From the NCBI RefSeq assembly GCF_003334355.1, contig NZ_QOWP01000014.1: a DNA stretch of 64,000 bases; one strand, given 5' to 3'. Within the stretch, counting starts at the first letter, position 1, and the number at the start of each line of letters is the position of its first letter. A program made the position numbers and the translations under genes. Shown here in pieces: positions 22,258 through 33,449 of this stretch. Below the pieces are notes generated by a model. It was given only the letters and a program-made list of their open reading frames with translations, was not told the DNA's origin and ran no database searches. This stretch comes from Escherichia coli. GTDB taxonomy: Bacteria; Pseudomonadota; Gammaproteobacteria; Enterobacterales; Enterobacteriaceae.

Positions 22258-24921
22258 TTACGCCAGACGCGGGTTAACTTTATCTGCATCGATGTTGAAT
22301 TTGGCGATTGCGTCAGCAACCACTTTCTTATCGATTTCGCCACGTTTAGCCAGTTCGCCCAGCGCCGCAACCACGACATAAGAAGCATCAACTTCGAAGT
22401 GGTGACGCAGGTTCTCACGGCTGTCGGAACGACCGAAGCCATCAGTACCCAGTACGCGGTAGTCGTCAGCCGGTACGTAAGTACGGACCTGCTCAGCGAA
22501 CAGTTTCATATAGTCGGTAGATGCCACTGCCGGAGCGTCGTTCATCACCTGAGCGATATACGGAACGCGCGGAGTTTCCAGCGGGTGCAGCATGTTCCAG
22601 CGTTCACAATCCTGACCATCACGCGCCAGCTCGGTGAAGGAGGTCACGCTATAAACGTCAGAACCTACGCCGTAATCTTTCGCCAGGATCTCAGCTGCTT
22701 CACGGACGTGACGCAGGATAGAACCGGAGCCGAGCAGCTGAACTTTACCTTTGCTACCTTCAATAGTTTCGAGTTTGTAGATACCTTTACGGATACCTTC
22801 CTCAGCACCTTCCGGCATTGCCGGCATGTGGTAGTTTTCGTTCAGCGTAGTGATGTAGTAGTAAACGTTCTCTTGTTTTTCACCGTACATACGCTCCAGA
22901 CCGTCATGCATGATGACAGCAACTTCGTAAGCGTAAGCCGGGTCGTAAGAGATACAGTTCGGGATAGTCAGCGACTGAATGTGGCTGTGACCATCTTCGT
23001 GCTGCAGACCTTCGCCGTTCAGGGTGGTACGACCGGAAGTACCGCCGATCAGGAAGCCACGCGCTTGCTGGTCGCCAGCCGCCCAGCACAGATCGCCAAT
23101 ACGCTGGAAGCCGAACATCGAGTAATAGATGTAGAACGGGATCATCGGCAGATTGTTGGTGCTGTAAGAGGTCGCCGCTGCCAGCCAGGAACAACCTGCG
23201 CCCAGCTCGTTGATCCCTTCCTGCAGAATCTGACCTTTCTCGTCTTCTTTATAGTAAGCAACCTGCTCGCGGTCCTGCGGGGTGTACTGCTGACCGTTCG
23301 GGCTGTAAATACCAATCTGACGGAACAGACCTTCCATACCGAAAGTACGCGCTTCGTCGGCGATGATCGGTACCAGACGATCTTTGATCGACTTGTTCTT
23401 CAGCATCACGTTCAGAGCACGAACGAAAGCGATAGTGGTAGAGATCTCTTTGCTCTGCTCTTCCAACAGCGCGCCGAAGTCTTGCAGGCTCGGCAGCTCA
23501 AGCTTCTCGGTGAAGTTCGGCTGACGGCTTGGCAGATAACCGTGCAGTTTCTGACGCTGAGCGTGCAGATAGGTATGCTCTTCAGAGCCTTCCGGGAAGG
23601 TGATGTACGGCAGTTTTTCGATATCTGCATCAGACACCGGCACATTGAAACGGTCGCGGATGTGACGCACGCCGTCCATGTTCATTTTCTTAACCTGGTG
23701 CGCGATGTTTTTACCTTCAGCCGCGTCGCCCATGCCGTAACCTTTAATGGTATGAGCAAGGATTACTGTCGCTTTGCCTTTGGTTTCCTGCGCTTTCTTG
23801 AATGCAGCGTAGATTTTCTTCGGATCGTGACCACCACGGTTCAGTGCCCAGATCTGCTCGTCAGTCCAGTCTGCAACCAGTGCTGCGGTTTCAGGATATT
23901 TACCGAAGAAGTGTTCACGAACGTACGCACCATCTTTCGATTTGAAGGTCTGGTAGTCGCCGTCAACGGTTTCGTTCATCAGCTGGATCAGTTTACCGCT
24001 GGTATCTTTACGCAGCAGTTCATCCCAACGGCTACCCCACATCACTTTGATCACGTTCCAGCCAGCACCTTCGAAGATGCCTTCCAGTTCGTTGATGATC
24101 TTGCCGTTACCGGTGACCGGGCCGTCAAGACGCTGCAGGTTACAGTTGATAACGAAGACCAGGTTATCCAGTTTTTCACGGGTAGCGATGGTGATCGCAC
24201 CTTTGGATTCCGGTTCGTCCATTTCACCGTCGCCGAGGAACGCGTAAACGGTCTGTTTAGAGGTATCTTTCAGGCCACGGTGTTCCAGATATTTCAGGAA
24301 TTTAGCCTGGTAAATAGCACCAATCGGCCCCAGACCCATAGATACGGTCGGGAACTGCCAGAATTCCGGCATCAGTTTCGGGTGCGGATAGGAAGAGAGG
24401 CCATTGCCGTGAACTTCCTGACGGAAGTTATCCAGCTGCTCCTGAGTCAGACGACCTTCCAGGAAAGCACGAGCGTACACGCCCGGGGAGATGTGGCCCT
24501 GGAAGTAAACCAGGTCGCCGCCATCCTGCTCGTTGCGTGCACGGAAGAAGTGGTTAAAGCACACATCATAAATGGTTGCGGAAGACTGGAAGGACGCCAT
24601 ATGGCCGCCCAGTTCGAGGTCTTTTTTCGACGCACGCAGCACCGTCATGATGGCGTTCCAGCGGATAGCTGAACGAATACGGCGTTCCAGTTCCAGATTA
24701 CCCGGATACTCCGGTTGTTCTCCAACGGGGATGGTGTTGATGTAGTTGCTGATACCTGTGCCTGCGGCTACGTTTACACCGCCTTTGCGGGCTTCAGCAA
24801 GCAGTTGGTCGATCAGATACTGAGCACGCTCAACACCTTCTTCACGGATGACCGATTCGATCGCCTGGAGCCAGTCGCGAGTTTCGATCGGATCCACGTC
24901 ATTTGGGAAACGTTCTGACAT
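22258..24921 (-). CDS. aceE: pyruvate dehydrogenase E1 component
   Basis: ORF-track 887 aa starting [24 protein letters not shown], recognised as AceE. Confidence 0.97.
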
Positions 24922-25081
24922 GGGTTATTCCTTATCTATCTAATAACGTTGAGTTTTCTGGAACCTGTCCCATTGAACTCTCGCCGGAAAGCTCAATAAG
25001 ACAGGTTCTACGTTTAGTTGCCGCGCTTTTATATGCGCTTGATTTACAACATCTTCTGGATAATTTTTACCAGAAAAATCA

Positions 25082-25846
25082 CTAATTCTTTCGTTGCTCC
25101 AGACGACGCAGAGAACGCTCACGGCGGCTCTCTTCACGACTTCTGTCGAGCAAAATTTCTTCGATAAAGGCCAGATGGCGATGCGATGCTTCGCGCGCTT
25201 CTTCCGGCTTACCGGCCATAATCGCTTCAAATATGCGGGTGCGGTGACTACTCACCAGCGGCAGCATCTCGCGACGCGAATAGAGCAATTCGAAGTTCTG
25301 GCGGACATTCTGGGCCAACATCGGCTCCATACACCTTAGCAGATGAAGCAGAACCACATTGTGGGCCGCTTCAGTGACAGCAATCTGATACTGGAGTACG
25401 GCGTTTGATTCCGCGTCCAGATCGCCAGACTGCTGCGCCAGCTCTATGGCGTGGTGGAGTTCACGGATGCGTTCCTTGTCTTCATCGGTACTACGCAGCG
25501 CGGCGTAATAAGCGGCGATACCTTCCAGGGCGTGTCGTGTTTCGAGCAAGTCATACTGTGACTCAGGATGGTCGGAGAGCAGCTCCACCAGCGGATCGCT
25601 GAAGCTTTGCCATAGGCTGCTCTGGACAAAAGTGCCGCCACCCTGGCGACGAAGCAACAAGCCCTTCGCTTCGAGACGTTGAATCGCCTCACGCAAGGAG
25701 GGACGGGAGACGTCAAACTGTTTTGCCAGTTCGCGTTCCGGTGGGAGTTTTTCGCCCGGGCGGAGAGTGCCTTCGAGGATCAAAAACTCCAGTTGCTGCT
25801 CAATCACATCGGAGAGTTTTGGTTGGCGGATTTTGCTGTAGGCCAT
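25082..25846 (-). CDS. pdhR: GntR-family pyruvate-responsive repressor PdhR
   Basis: ORF-track 265 aa trimmed to [20 protein letters not shown] (254 aa); PdhR-box palindrome upstream. Confidence 0.95.
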
Positions 25847-25877
25847 GAGTTCCTGTCTTAAGCCACTTGCCGAAGTC

Positions 25878-25894
25878 AATTGGTCTTACCAATT
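25878..25894. promoter_or_regulatory. PdhR operator (PdhR box) upstream of pdhR
   Basis: Perfect palindrome AATTGGTcttACCAATT about 35 bp upstream of the pdhR start; matches the known PdhR box. Confidence 0.8.
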
Positions 25895-26274
25895 TCATGT
25901 CTGTGACGCTAAAGTAACAAAGTATTCACCTTATGTCCATACAGGTTTTGATTGAAATCATGAAACTGTGCACATTTTAACAACTTGACATATATAACGT
26001 TTCAAAGTTGTAACTATGCACAAATGTAGACTTTACGTAGGAAAGGAGTTTTTAACGATTATTAAACTATAAAAATCCGAATTGAACCGATTCACTTACC
26101 AATTTTGTGATTTTTAATTCAATTAAAACGAATTTAAATTCATTCTACATATTGAGAGGGATTGAGGCTGAGCTTTACAAACGGTTTCTTTTTAAGCAAC
26201 TCATCTTCAACCATGCATAAAGCGGGTGCATTCGCTGCCGTATACCATTATTCTTGATCTGACGGAAGTCTTTT

Positions 26275-26315
26275 TGTAACAATTCAAACTTCTTTGATGT
26301 AAACAAATTAATACA
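26275..26315 (+). promoter_or_regulatory. Putative TyrR boxes in the aroP promoter region
   Basis: TGTAAAcaaattaATACA (26298-26315) resembles the TyrR box TGTAAA-N6-TTTACA; weaker TGTAAC half-site at 26275; aroP is a known TyrR target. Confidence 0.5.
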
Positions 26316-26385
26316 ACAAACGGAATTGCAAACTTACACACGCATCACTGCGTAGATCAAAAAAACAACCACCGCACGAGGTTTC

Positions 26386-27759
26386 ATGATGGAAGGTCAA
26401 CAGCACGGCGAGCAGCTAAAGCGCGGCCTTAAAAACCGCCATATTCAGCTTATCGCGCTGGGTGGCGCGATAGGGACCGGGTTATTCCTGGGTAGCGCCT
26501 CCGTAATACAGTCCGCAGGGCCAGGGATTATCCTGGGTTACGCCATTGCTGGTTTTATCGCCTTTCTGATCATGCGTCAGCTGGGTGAAATGGTGGTCGA
26601 AGAACCTGTCGCAGGCTCCTTTAGCCACTTTGCTTATAAATACTGGGGCAGTTTTGCCGGTTTCGCCTCTGGCTGGAACTACTGGGTACTGTACGTTTTA
26701 GTTGCCATGGCTGAGCTGACTGCCGTGGGTAAATACATTCAGTTCTGGTATCCGGAAATCCCCACCTGGGTTTCTGCCGCCGTATTCTTTGTGGTGATTA
26801 ACGCCATCAACCTGACCAACGTTAAAGTGTTTGGCGAGATGGAGTTCTGGTTTGCCATTATCAAAGTTATCGCGGTGGTCGCGATGATCATCTTCGGCGG
26901 CTGGCTGCTATTCAGTGGCAACGGCGGCCCGCAGGCGACCGTTAGCAACCTGTGGGATCAGGGTGGTTTCCTGCCGCACGGCTTCACCGGGCTGGTGATG
27001 ATGATGGCGATTATCATGTTCTCGTTCGGTGGTCTGGAACTGGTGGGGATCACCGCAGCAGAAGCTGATAACCCGGAGCAAAGTATCCCGAAAGCGACTA
27101 ACCAGGTTATCTACCGCATCCTGATTTTCTATATTGGTTCGTTAGCCGTTCTGCTCTCACTGATGCCGTGGACCCGCGTTACCGCCGATACCAGTCCGTT
27201 TGTGCTGATCTTCCACGAGTTAGGCGATACCTTTGTGGCGAATGCGCTGAACATCGTGGTACTGACTGCGGCGCTCTCCGTGTACAACAGCTGCGTATAT
27301 TGCAACAGCCGTATGCTGTTTGGTCTGGCACAACAGGGTAATGCGCCAAAAGCGCTGGCGTCTGTCGATAAACGCGGCGTACCGGTTAACACCATTCTGG
27401 TGTCTGCGCTGGTTACAGCATTGTGCGTATTGATTAACTATCTTGCTCCGGAATCCGCATTTGGCCTGTTAATGGCACTGGTGGTATCCGCACTGGTGAT
27501 CAACTGGGCGATGATCAGTCTGGCGCATATGAAGTTCCGTCGCGCCAAGCAGGAACAAGGCGTGGTAACTCGCTTCCCTGCTCTGCTTTATCCGCTGGGT
27601 AACTGGATCTGCCTGCTGTTTATGGCGGCGGTACTGGTGATTATGCTGATGACCCCAGGAATGGCGATTTCGGTATACCTGATCCCGGTATGGCTGATCG
27701 TGTTAGGTATCGGCTATCTGTTTAAAGAGAAAACCGCCAAAGCCGTAAAAGCGCATTAA
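26386..27759 (+). CDS. aroP: aromatic amino acid:H+ symporter (APC family)
   Basis: ORF-track 457 aa starting MMEGQQHGEQLKRGLKNRHIQLIALGGAIGTGLF, recognised as AroP. Confidence 0.95.
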   Translation: MMEGQQHGEQLKRGLKNRHIQLIALGGAIGTGLFLGSASVIQSAGPGIILGYAIAGFIAFLIMRQLGEMVVEEPVAGSFSHFAYKYWGSFAGFASGWNYWVLYVLVAMAELTAVGKYIQFWYPEIPTWVSAAVFFVVINAINLTNVKVFGEMEFWFAIIKVIAVVAMIIFGGWLLFSGNGGPQATVSNLWDQGGFLPHGFTGLVMMMAIIMFSFGGLELVGITAAEADNPEQSIPKATNQVIYRILIFYIGSLAVLLSLMPWTRVTADTSPFVLIFHELGDTFVANALNIVVLTAALSVYNSCVYCNSRMLFGLAQQGNAPKALASVDKRGVPVNTILVSALVTALCVLINYLAPESAFGLLMALVVSALVINWAMISLAHMKFRRAKQEQGVVTRFPALLYPLGNWICLLFMAAVLVIMLMTPGMAISVYLIPVWLIVLGIGYLFKEKTAKAVKAH

Positions 27760-27768
27760 TCTCTCTAC

Positions 27769-27793
27769 GCCCTCACCCGTACAGGGTGAGGGC
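27769..27793. terminator. Shared hairpin between convergent aroP and ampE (10-bp perfect stem)
   Basis: gccctcaccc-gtaca-gggtgagggc, 10 bp after the aroP stop and 9 bp before the ampE stop. Confidence 0.6.
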
Positions 27794-27801
27794 AATAATC
27801 T

Positions 27802-28656
27802 TTACACCAACGCCCCGTAAATCGTCAGTAGTGCAATCACCACCACGACCACGAACGAGGTTTTCTTCGCCATTGAAACCGCTGCCTTCGGCGTCTCCAC
27901 CTTATCGACATGCGGTTCACGCGCCAGAGAGAACTGCGCCAGACGCGTTAACACCTGATTCTGCGAAGTATGGAAATCACCCAGCGAAGCAAACCAGGCC
28001 GGTAACGCTTTCTCACCATGACCGATCAAGGCATATACCACACCCGCAAGACGAACCGGCACCCAATCCAGTACATGAAGCACGGCATCAATGCCGGACT
28101 GTAAACGATGATGCGGCGTCTGATATCGCGCCAGCCAGTATTGCCATGCACGCAAAAACGCATACCCCATCAGCGTAACGGGTCCCCAGGTTCCCCCCAC
28201 AATCAGCCAGAACAGCGGTGCAAGATAAAAACGAAAGTTAATCCACAGCAATGCATCTTGCAGCTCACGCAAATACTCACGTTCGTCGCAGCCTGCCGGG
28301 ACGCCGTGAATCATGGTGAGTTCGCCAGCCATCGTGGCACGGGCATGGCTATCATTACGTGAAGCAGCTGTCAGATAAGCATGATAATGAAGACGAACTT
28401 TACCTGCGCCAATACACAGCAAACCAATCAGCAGCCACACCAGTAGCGTGGGAACGTTGAACAATACTCCCTGCAATGCGCGTAACAGTAAAAAAGTCAC
28501 GCCCATCGCAATAATGGTCATGCCTAACGTGCGCCCGAGAGAAAAATGTTTCACCCGCCGAAAGAACGCTTCAAGACGATGATCAAGCTGCCAGTGCTCG
28601 CCCAACTTAAACAGGCGCTCGAAAATTAACACCAGTAAGGTTGTAAATAGCGTCAT
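27802..28656 (-). CDS. ampE: AmpE inner membrane protein (ampDE operon)
   Basis: ORF-track 297 aa trimmed to [23 protein letters not shown] (284 aa); ATGA start/stop overlap with ampD. Confidence 0.92.
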   Translation of the reverse strand: MTLFTTLLVLIFERLFKLGEHWQLDHRLEAFFRRVKHFSLGRTLGMTIIAMGVTFLLLRALQGVLFNVPTLLVWLLIGLLCIGAGKVRLHYHAYLTAASRNDSHARATMAGELTMIHGVPAGCDEREYLRELQDALLWINFRFYLAPLFWLIVGGTWGPVTLMGYAFLRAWQYWLARYQTPHHRLQSGIDAVLHVLDWVPVRLAGVVYALIGHGEKALPAWFASLGDFHTSQNQVLTRLAQFSLAREPHVDKVETPKAAVSMAKKTSFVVVVVIALLTIYGALV

Positions 28657-29204
28657 GTTGTCTCCTTGCTGACCAGCACACGAAACCGTGCCCAATCAAA
28701 TGCAGGACCGGGATCGGTTTTCCGATCCGGCGCAATATCACAATGGCCCGTCATGTTTTTAGCGATATCCGGATAGCAATCAATCAGTGCCCGCGTAACC
28801 GCCGCAAGCTGTTGATACTGCGCATCGGTATACGCCAGCGTATCGGTGCCTTCAAGCTCAATCCCAATAGAAAAATCATTGCAGCGTTCGCGCCCCTGAT
28901 ACTGAGAGACTCCCGCATGCCATGCACGTTTATCGAAAGGAACATACTGGACTATTTCACCATCACGGCGAATCAAACAGTGAGCGGAGACGCGCAAATG
29001 GGCGATCTCAGCAAAGAAAGGATGTGCCTGCGGATCAATAGTTCCAGTGAATAATGCGTCGATCCACGGACCGCCAAACTCGCCTGGCGGCAGGCTAATA
29101 TTGTGCACCACCAGCAGGGTGGGTGTTTCGTCATCCGGGCGGCAATCGTAATGTGGTGAGGGAACGCGGCGCGCGCCAACCAGCCACCCCTGTTCTAACA
29201 ACAT
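28653..29204 (-). CDS. ampD: 1,6-anhydro-N-acetylmuramyl-L-alanine amidase
   Basis: ORF-track 183 aa recognised as AmpD. Confidence 0.95.
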   Translation of the reverse strand: MLLEQGWLVGARRVPSPHYDCRPDDETPTLLVVHNISLPPGEFGGPWIDALFTGTIDPQAHPFFAEIAHLRVSAHCLIRRDGEIVQYVPFDKRAWHAGVSQYQGRERCNDFSIGIELEGTDTLAYTDAQYQQLAAVTRALIDCYPDIAKNMTGHCDIAPDRKTDPGPAFDWARFRVLVSKETT

Positions 29205-29231
29205 GCAGGATCTCCTTATATGTGGTGCTAA

Positions 29232-30185
<954 letters not shown>

Positions 30186-30197
30186 TAGTTGACAGAT

Positions 30198-30223
30198 TTA
30201 TCCGCTCCATCGCGGGCGGATAA
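30198..30223 (+). terminator. Hairpin after nadC (ttatccgc ... gcggataa), weak terminator candidate
   Basis: 8-bp inverted repeat 12 bp after the nadC stop; followed by tctcccctt (poor U-tract). Confidence 0.35.
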
Positions 30224-30387
30224 TCTCCCCTTCCCCAACTTTCTTCGTAACGCCTCGCAAATTTCTTGTCTTTCGCTGCAACGAAATAAAAAACCTCGGA
30301 ATCTGCTTTCCCGTTTCGTTTTTTGCCCCTCGCCTGTGCTGATGGCGTTTGCCAAAGTAGCGCCAACCAAATCAAGGAGCGAAACAG

Positions 30388-30828
30388 ATGGACAAGCAAC
30401 GCGGTTTTACACTTATCGAACTGATGGTGGTTATTGGCATCATTGCCATTTTAAGCGCCATTGGTATTCCCGCTTATCAAAACTACCTGCGCAAAGCCGC
30501 ACTCACCGACATGCTACAAACCTTTGTGCCTTACCGTACCGCCGTAGAGTTGTGCGCGCTGGAACATGGTGGATTAGATACCTGCGACGGTGGCAGCAAT
30601 GGCATTCCCTCGCCTACCACCACCCGCTATGTTTCAGCCATGAGTGTGGCAAAGGGCGTGGTGTCGCTGACCGGGCAAGAAAGTCTCAATGGGCTAAGCG
30701 TCGTCATGACACCGGGTTGGGATAACGCAAACGGCGTCACCGGCTGGACGCGCAACTGCAATATTCAAAGTGACAGCGCATTGCAGCAAGCCTGCGAAGA
30801 TGTCTTCCGCTTTGATGACGCCAACTAA
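30388..30828 (+). CDS. ppdD: type IV prepilin PpdD (N-methylation class)
   Basis: ORF-track 146 aa; prepilin leader MDKQRGFTLIELMVVIGIIAILSAIGIP typical of type IV pilins. Confidence 0.93.
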   Translation: MDKQRGFTLIELMVVIGIIAILSAIGIPAYQNYLRKAALTDMLQTFVPYRTAVELCALEHGGLDTCDGGSNGIPSPTTTRYVSAMSVAKGVVSLTGQESLNGLSVVMTPGWDNANGVTGWTRNCNIQSDSALQQACEDVFRFDDAN

Positions 30829-30837
30829 GGAGCGGCA

Positions 30838-32223
30838 ATGAATATTCCACAGCTCACTGCCCTGTGTCTGCGTTATCATGGAGTCTTGCTGGATGCCAGC
30901 GAAGAGGTGGTTCATGTTGCGGTAGTCGATGCACCTTCGCATGAGCTACTGGACGCATTGCATTTCGCTACCACCAAACGTATTGAGATCACCTGCTGGA
31001 CGCGCCAACAAATGGAAGGTCACGCCAGTCGCACACAACAGACATTGCCCGTAGCTGTTCAGGAGAAGCATCAGCCCAAAGCAGAGTTGCTAACTCGAAC
31101 GTTACAATCTGCGCTGGAACAACGCGCGTCTGATATTCATATCGAACCAGCGGACAATGCCTACCGCATCCGCTTGCGTATCGACGGCGTATTGCATCCT
31201 TTACCGGATGTTTCACCGGATGCCGGAGTCGCATTAACCGCCAGATTAAAAGTGCTGGGAAACCTGGATATTGCGGAACATCGCCTGCCGCAGGACGGGC
31301 AATTCACTGTCGAACTGGCAGGAAACGCCGTCTCATTTCGTATTGCGACCTTACCATGTCGGGGTGGTGAAAAGGTGGTATTAAGGTTGTTACAGCAGGT
31401 GGGTCAGGCACTGGATGTCAACACGCTTGGAATGCAGCCGTTACAACTGGCGGACTTTGCTCATGCCTTGCAACAACCACAGGGACTGGTGCTGGTAACT
31501 GGCCCTACCGGCAGCGGCAAAACGGTCACGCTTTATAGTGCCCTGCAAAAGCTGAATACCGCTGACATTAATATTTGTAGCGTCGAAGATCCAGTTGAGA
31601 TCCCCATAGCCGGACTAAACCAGACGCAAATCCATCCGCGTGCCGGACTCACCTTTCAGGGCGTTTTGCGTGCGTTATTGCGCCAGGATCCTGACGTCAT
31701 CATGATCGGAGAGATCCGCGATGGCGAAACAGCAGAGATCGCTATTAAAGCGGCGCAAACTGGTCACCTGGTGTTGTCTACCCTACACACTAATTCCACC
31801 TGCGAAACGCTGGTACGTTTACAGCAAATGGGGGTCGCCCGCTGGATGCTATCATCGGCGCTTACGCTGGTAATAGCCCAGCGTCTGGTACGCAAACTTT
31901 GCCCACATTGTCGCCGGCAGCAAGGGGAGCCCATCCACATTCCAGACAATGTATGGCCATCGCCGCTGCCCCACTGGCAGGCACCCGGTTGTGTACATTG
32001 CTACCACGGTTTTTATGGTCGTACGGCCTTATTTGAAGTTCTGCCCATAACGCCGGTCATTCGTCAGCTTATTTCCGCTAATACCGACGTTGAATCGCTG
32101 GAAACGCACGCACGACAGGCGGGTATGCGTACGCTTTTTGAAAACGGCTGCCTGGCCGTAGAGCAAGGCTTAACCACCTTTGAAGAGTTAATCCGCGTAC
32201 TGGGGATGCCGCATGGCGAGTAA
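30838..32223 (+). CDS. hofB: type IV pilus / T2SS-like assembly ATPase (GspE/PilB family)
   Basis: ORF-track 461 aa; Walker A GPTGSGKT and C-terminal tetracysteine motif; recognised as HofB. Confidence 0.93.
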   Translation: MNIPQLTALCLRYHGVLLDASEEVVHVAVVDAPSHELLDALHFATTKRIEITCWTRQQMEGHASRTQQTLPVAVQEKHQPKAELLTRTLQSALEQRASDIHIEPADNAYRIRLRIDGVLHPLPDVSPDAGVALTARLKVLGNLDIAEHRLPQDGQFTVELAGNAVSFRIATLPCRGGEKVVLRLLQQVGQALDVNTLGMQPLQLADFAHALQQPQGLVLVTGPTGSGKTVTLYSALQKLNTADINICSVEDPVEIPIAGLNQTQIHPRAGLTFQGVLRALLRQDPDVIMIGEIRDGETAEIAIKAAQTGHLVLSTLHTNSTCETLVRLQQMGVARWMLSSALTLVIAQRLVRKLCPHCRRQQGEPIHIPDNVWPSPLPHWQAPGCVHCYHGFYGRTALFEVLPITPVIRQLISANTDVESLETHARQAGMRTLFENGCLAVEQGLTTFEELIRVLGMPHGE

Positions 32224-33415
32224 GCAACTCTGGCGCTGGCATGGCATAACCGGCGACGGCAATGCGCAAGATGGGATGCTATGGGCAGAGAGCCGTACTT
32301 TACTGCTTATGGCACTACAGCAACAGATGGTTACCCCACTAAGCCTGAAGCGAATCGCCATCAATTCTGCGCAGTGGCGAGGAGATAAAAGCGCGGAAGT
32401 CATTCATCAACTGGCGACGCTACTCAAAGCAGGGTTAACGCTTTCTGAAGGGCTGGCTCTGCTGGCGGAACAGCATCCCAGTAAGCAATGGCAAGCGTTG
32501 CTGCAATCGCTGGCGCACGATCTCGAACAGGGCATTGCTTTTTCCAATGCCTTATTACCCTGGTCAGAGGTATTTCCGCCGCTCTATCAGGCGATGATCC
32601 GCACGGGTGAACTGACCGGTAAGCTGGATGAATGCTGCTTTGAACTGGCGCGTCAGCAAAAAGCCCAGCGTCAGTTGACCGACAAAGTGAAATCAGCGTT
32701 ACGTTATCCCATCATCATTTTAGCGATGGCAATCATGGTGGTTGTGGCAATGCTGCATTTTGTTCTGCCGGAGTTTGCCGCTATCTATAAGACCTTCAAC
32801 ACCCCACTACCGGCACTAACGCAGGGGATCATGACGCTGGCAGACTTTAGTGGCGAATGGAGCTGGCTGCTGGTGTTGTTCGGCTTTCTGCTGGCGATAG
32901 CCAATAAGTTGCTGATGCGCCGACCGACCTGGCTTATAGTGCGGCAGAAATTGCTGTTACGCATCCCGATTATGGGTTCACTGATGCGGGGACAAAAACT
33001 CACGCAGATCTTTACGATTCTGGCGCTGACACAAAGTGCAGGCATTATTTTTTTACAGGGCGTAGAGAGCGTCAGAGAAACAATGCGCTGCCCGTACTGG
33101 GTGCAACTTCTGACACAAATCCAGCACGATATCAGTAACGGTCAACCCATCTGGCTGGCGCTAAAAAATACCGGTGAGTTTAGCCCGCTCTGTTTGCAAT
33201 TAGTGAGAACAGGAGAGGCATCCGGCTCTCTGGATCTCATGTTAGACAACCTCGCCCATCATCATCGGGAAAACACAATGGCGCTGGCGGATAACCTCGC
33301 AGCCTTACTGGAACCGGCGTTGCTGATCATAACGGGAGGAATTATTGGTACGCTGGTGGTGGCAATGTATCTGCCAATTTTCCATTTAGGCGATGCGATG
33401 AGTGGGATGGGATAA
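32213..33415 (+). CDS. hofC: type IV pilus / T2SS-like inner membrane platform protein (GspF/PilC family)
   Basis: ORF-track 400 aa recognised as HofC; overlaps hofB by 11 nt. Confidence 0.93.
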   Translation: MASKQLWRWHGITGDGNAQDGMLWAESRTLLLMALQQQMVTPLSLKRIAINSAQWRGDKSAEVIHQLATLLKAGLTLSEGLALLAEQHPSKQWQALLQSLAHDLEQGIAFSNALLPWSEVFPPLYQAMIRTGELTGKLDECCFELARQQKAQRQLTDKVKSALRYPIIILAMAIMVVVAMLHFVLPEFAAIYKTFNTPLPALTQGIMTLADFSGEWSWLLVLFGFLLAIANKLLMRRPTWLIVRQKLLLRIPIMGSLMRGQKLTQIFTILALTQSAGIIFLQGVESVRETMRCPYWVQLLTQIQHDISNGQPIWLALKNTGEFSPLCLQLVRTGEASGSLDLMLDNLAHHHRENTMALADNLAALLEPALLIITGGIIGTLVVAMYLPIFHLGDAMSGMG

Positions 33416-33443
33416 CGCTGGCGTGTTGCTCCACGCCAGCGTT
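33414..33443. terminator. Shared hairpin between convergent hofC and guaC (12-bp stem) overlapping the hofC stop codon
   Basis: aacgctggcgtg-ttgctc-cacgccagcgtt perfect inverted repeat in the 34-bp gap. Confidence 0.6.
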
Positions 33444-33449
33444 GGGAGA

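Noticed and set aside
22399-24672. 757-aa plus-strand ORF antisense to aceE, and similar long antisense ORFs (20306-21535 in aceF, 41490-42671 in ftsZ, 37289-38263 and 38549-39298 in secA, 7781-8404 in gcd)
   Set aside because: All are embedded opposite highly conserved, confidently assigned genes and have biased, repetitive composition; no independent start or RBS context supports them.
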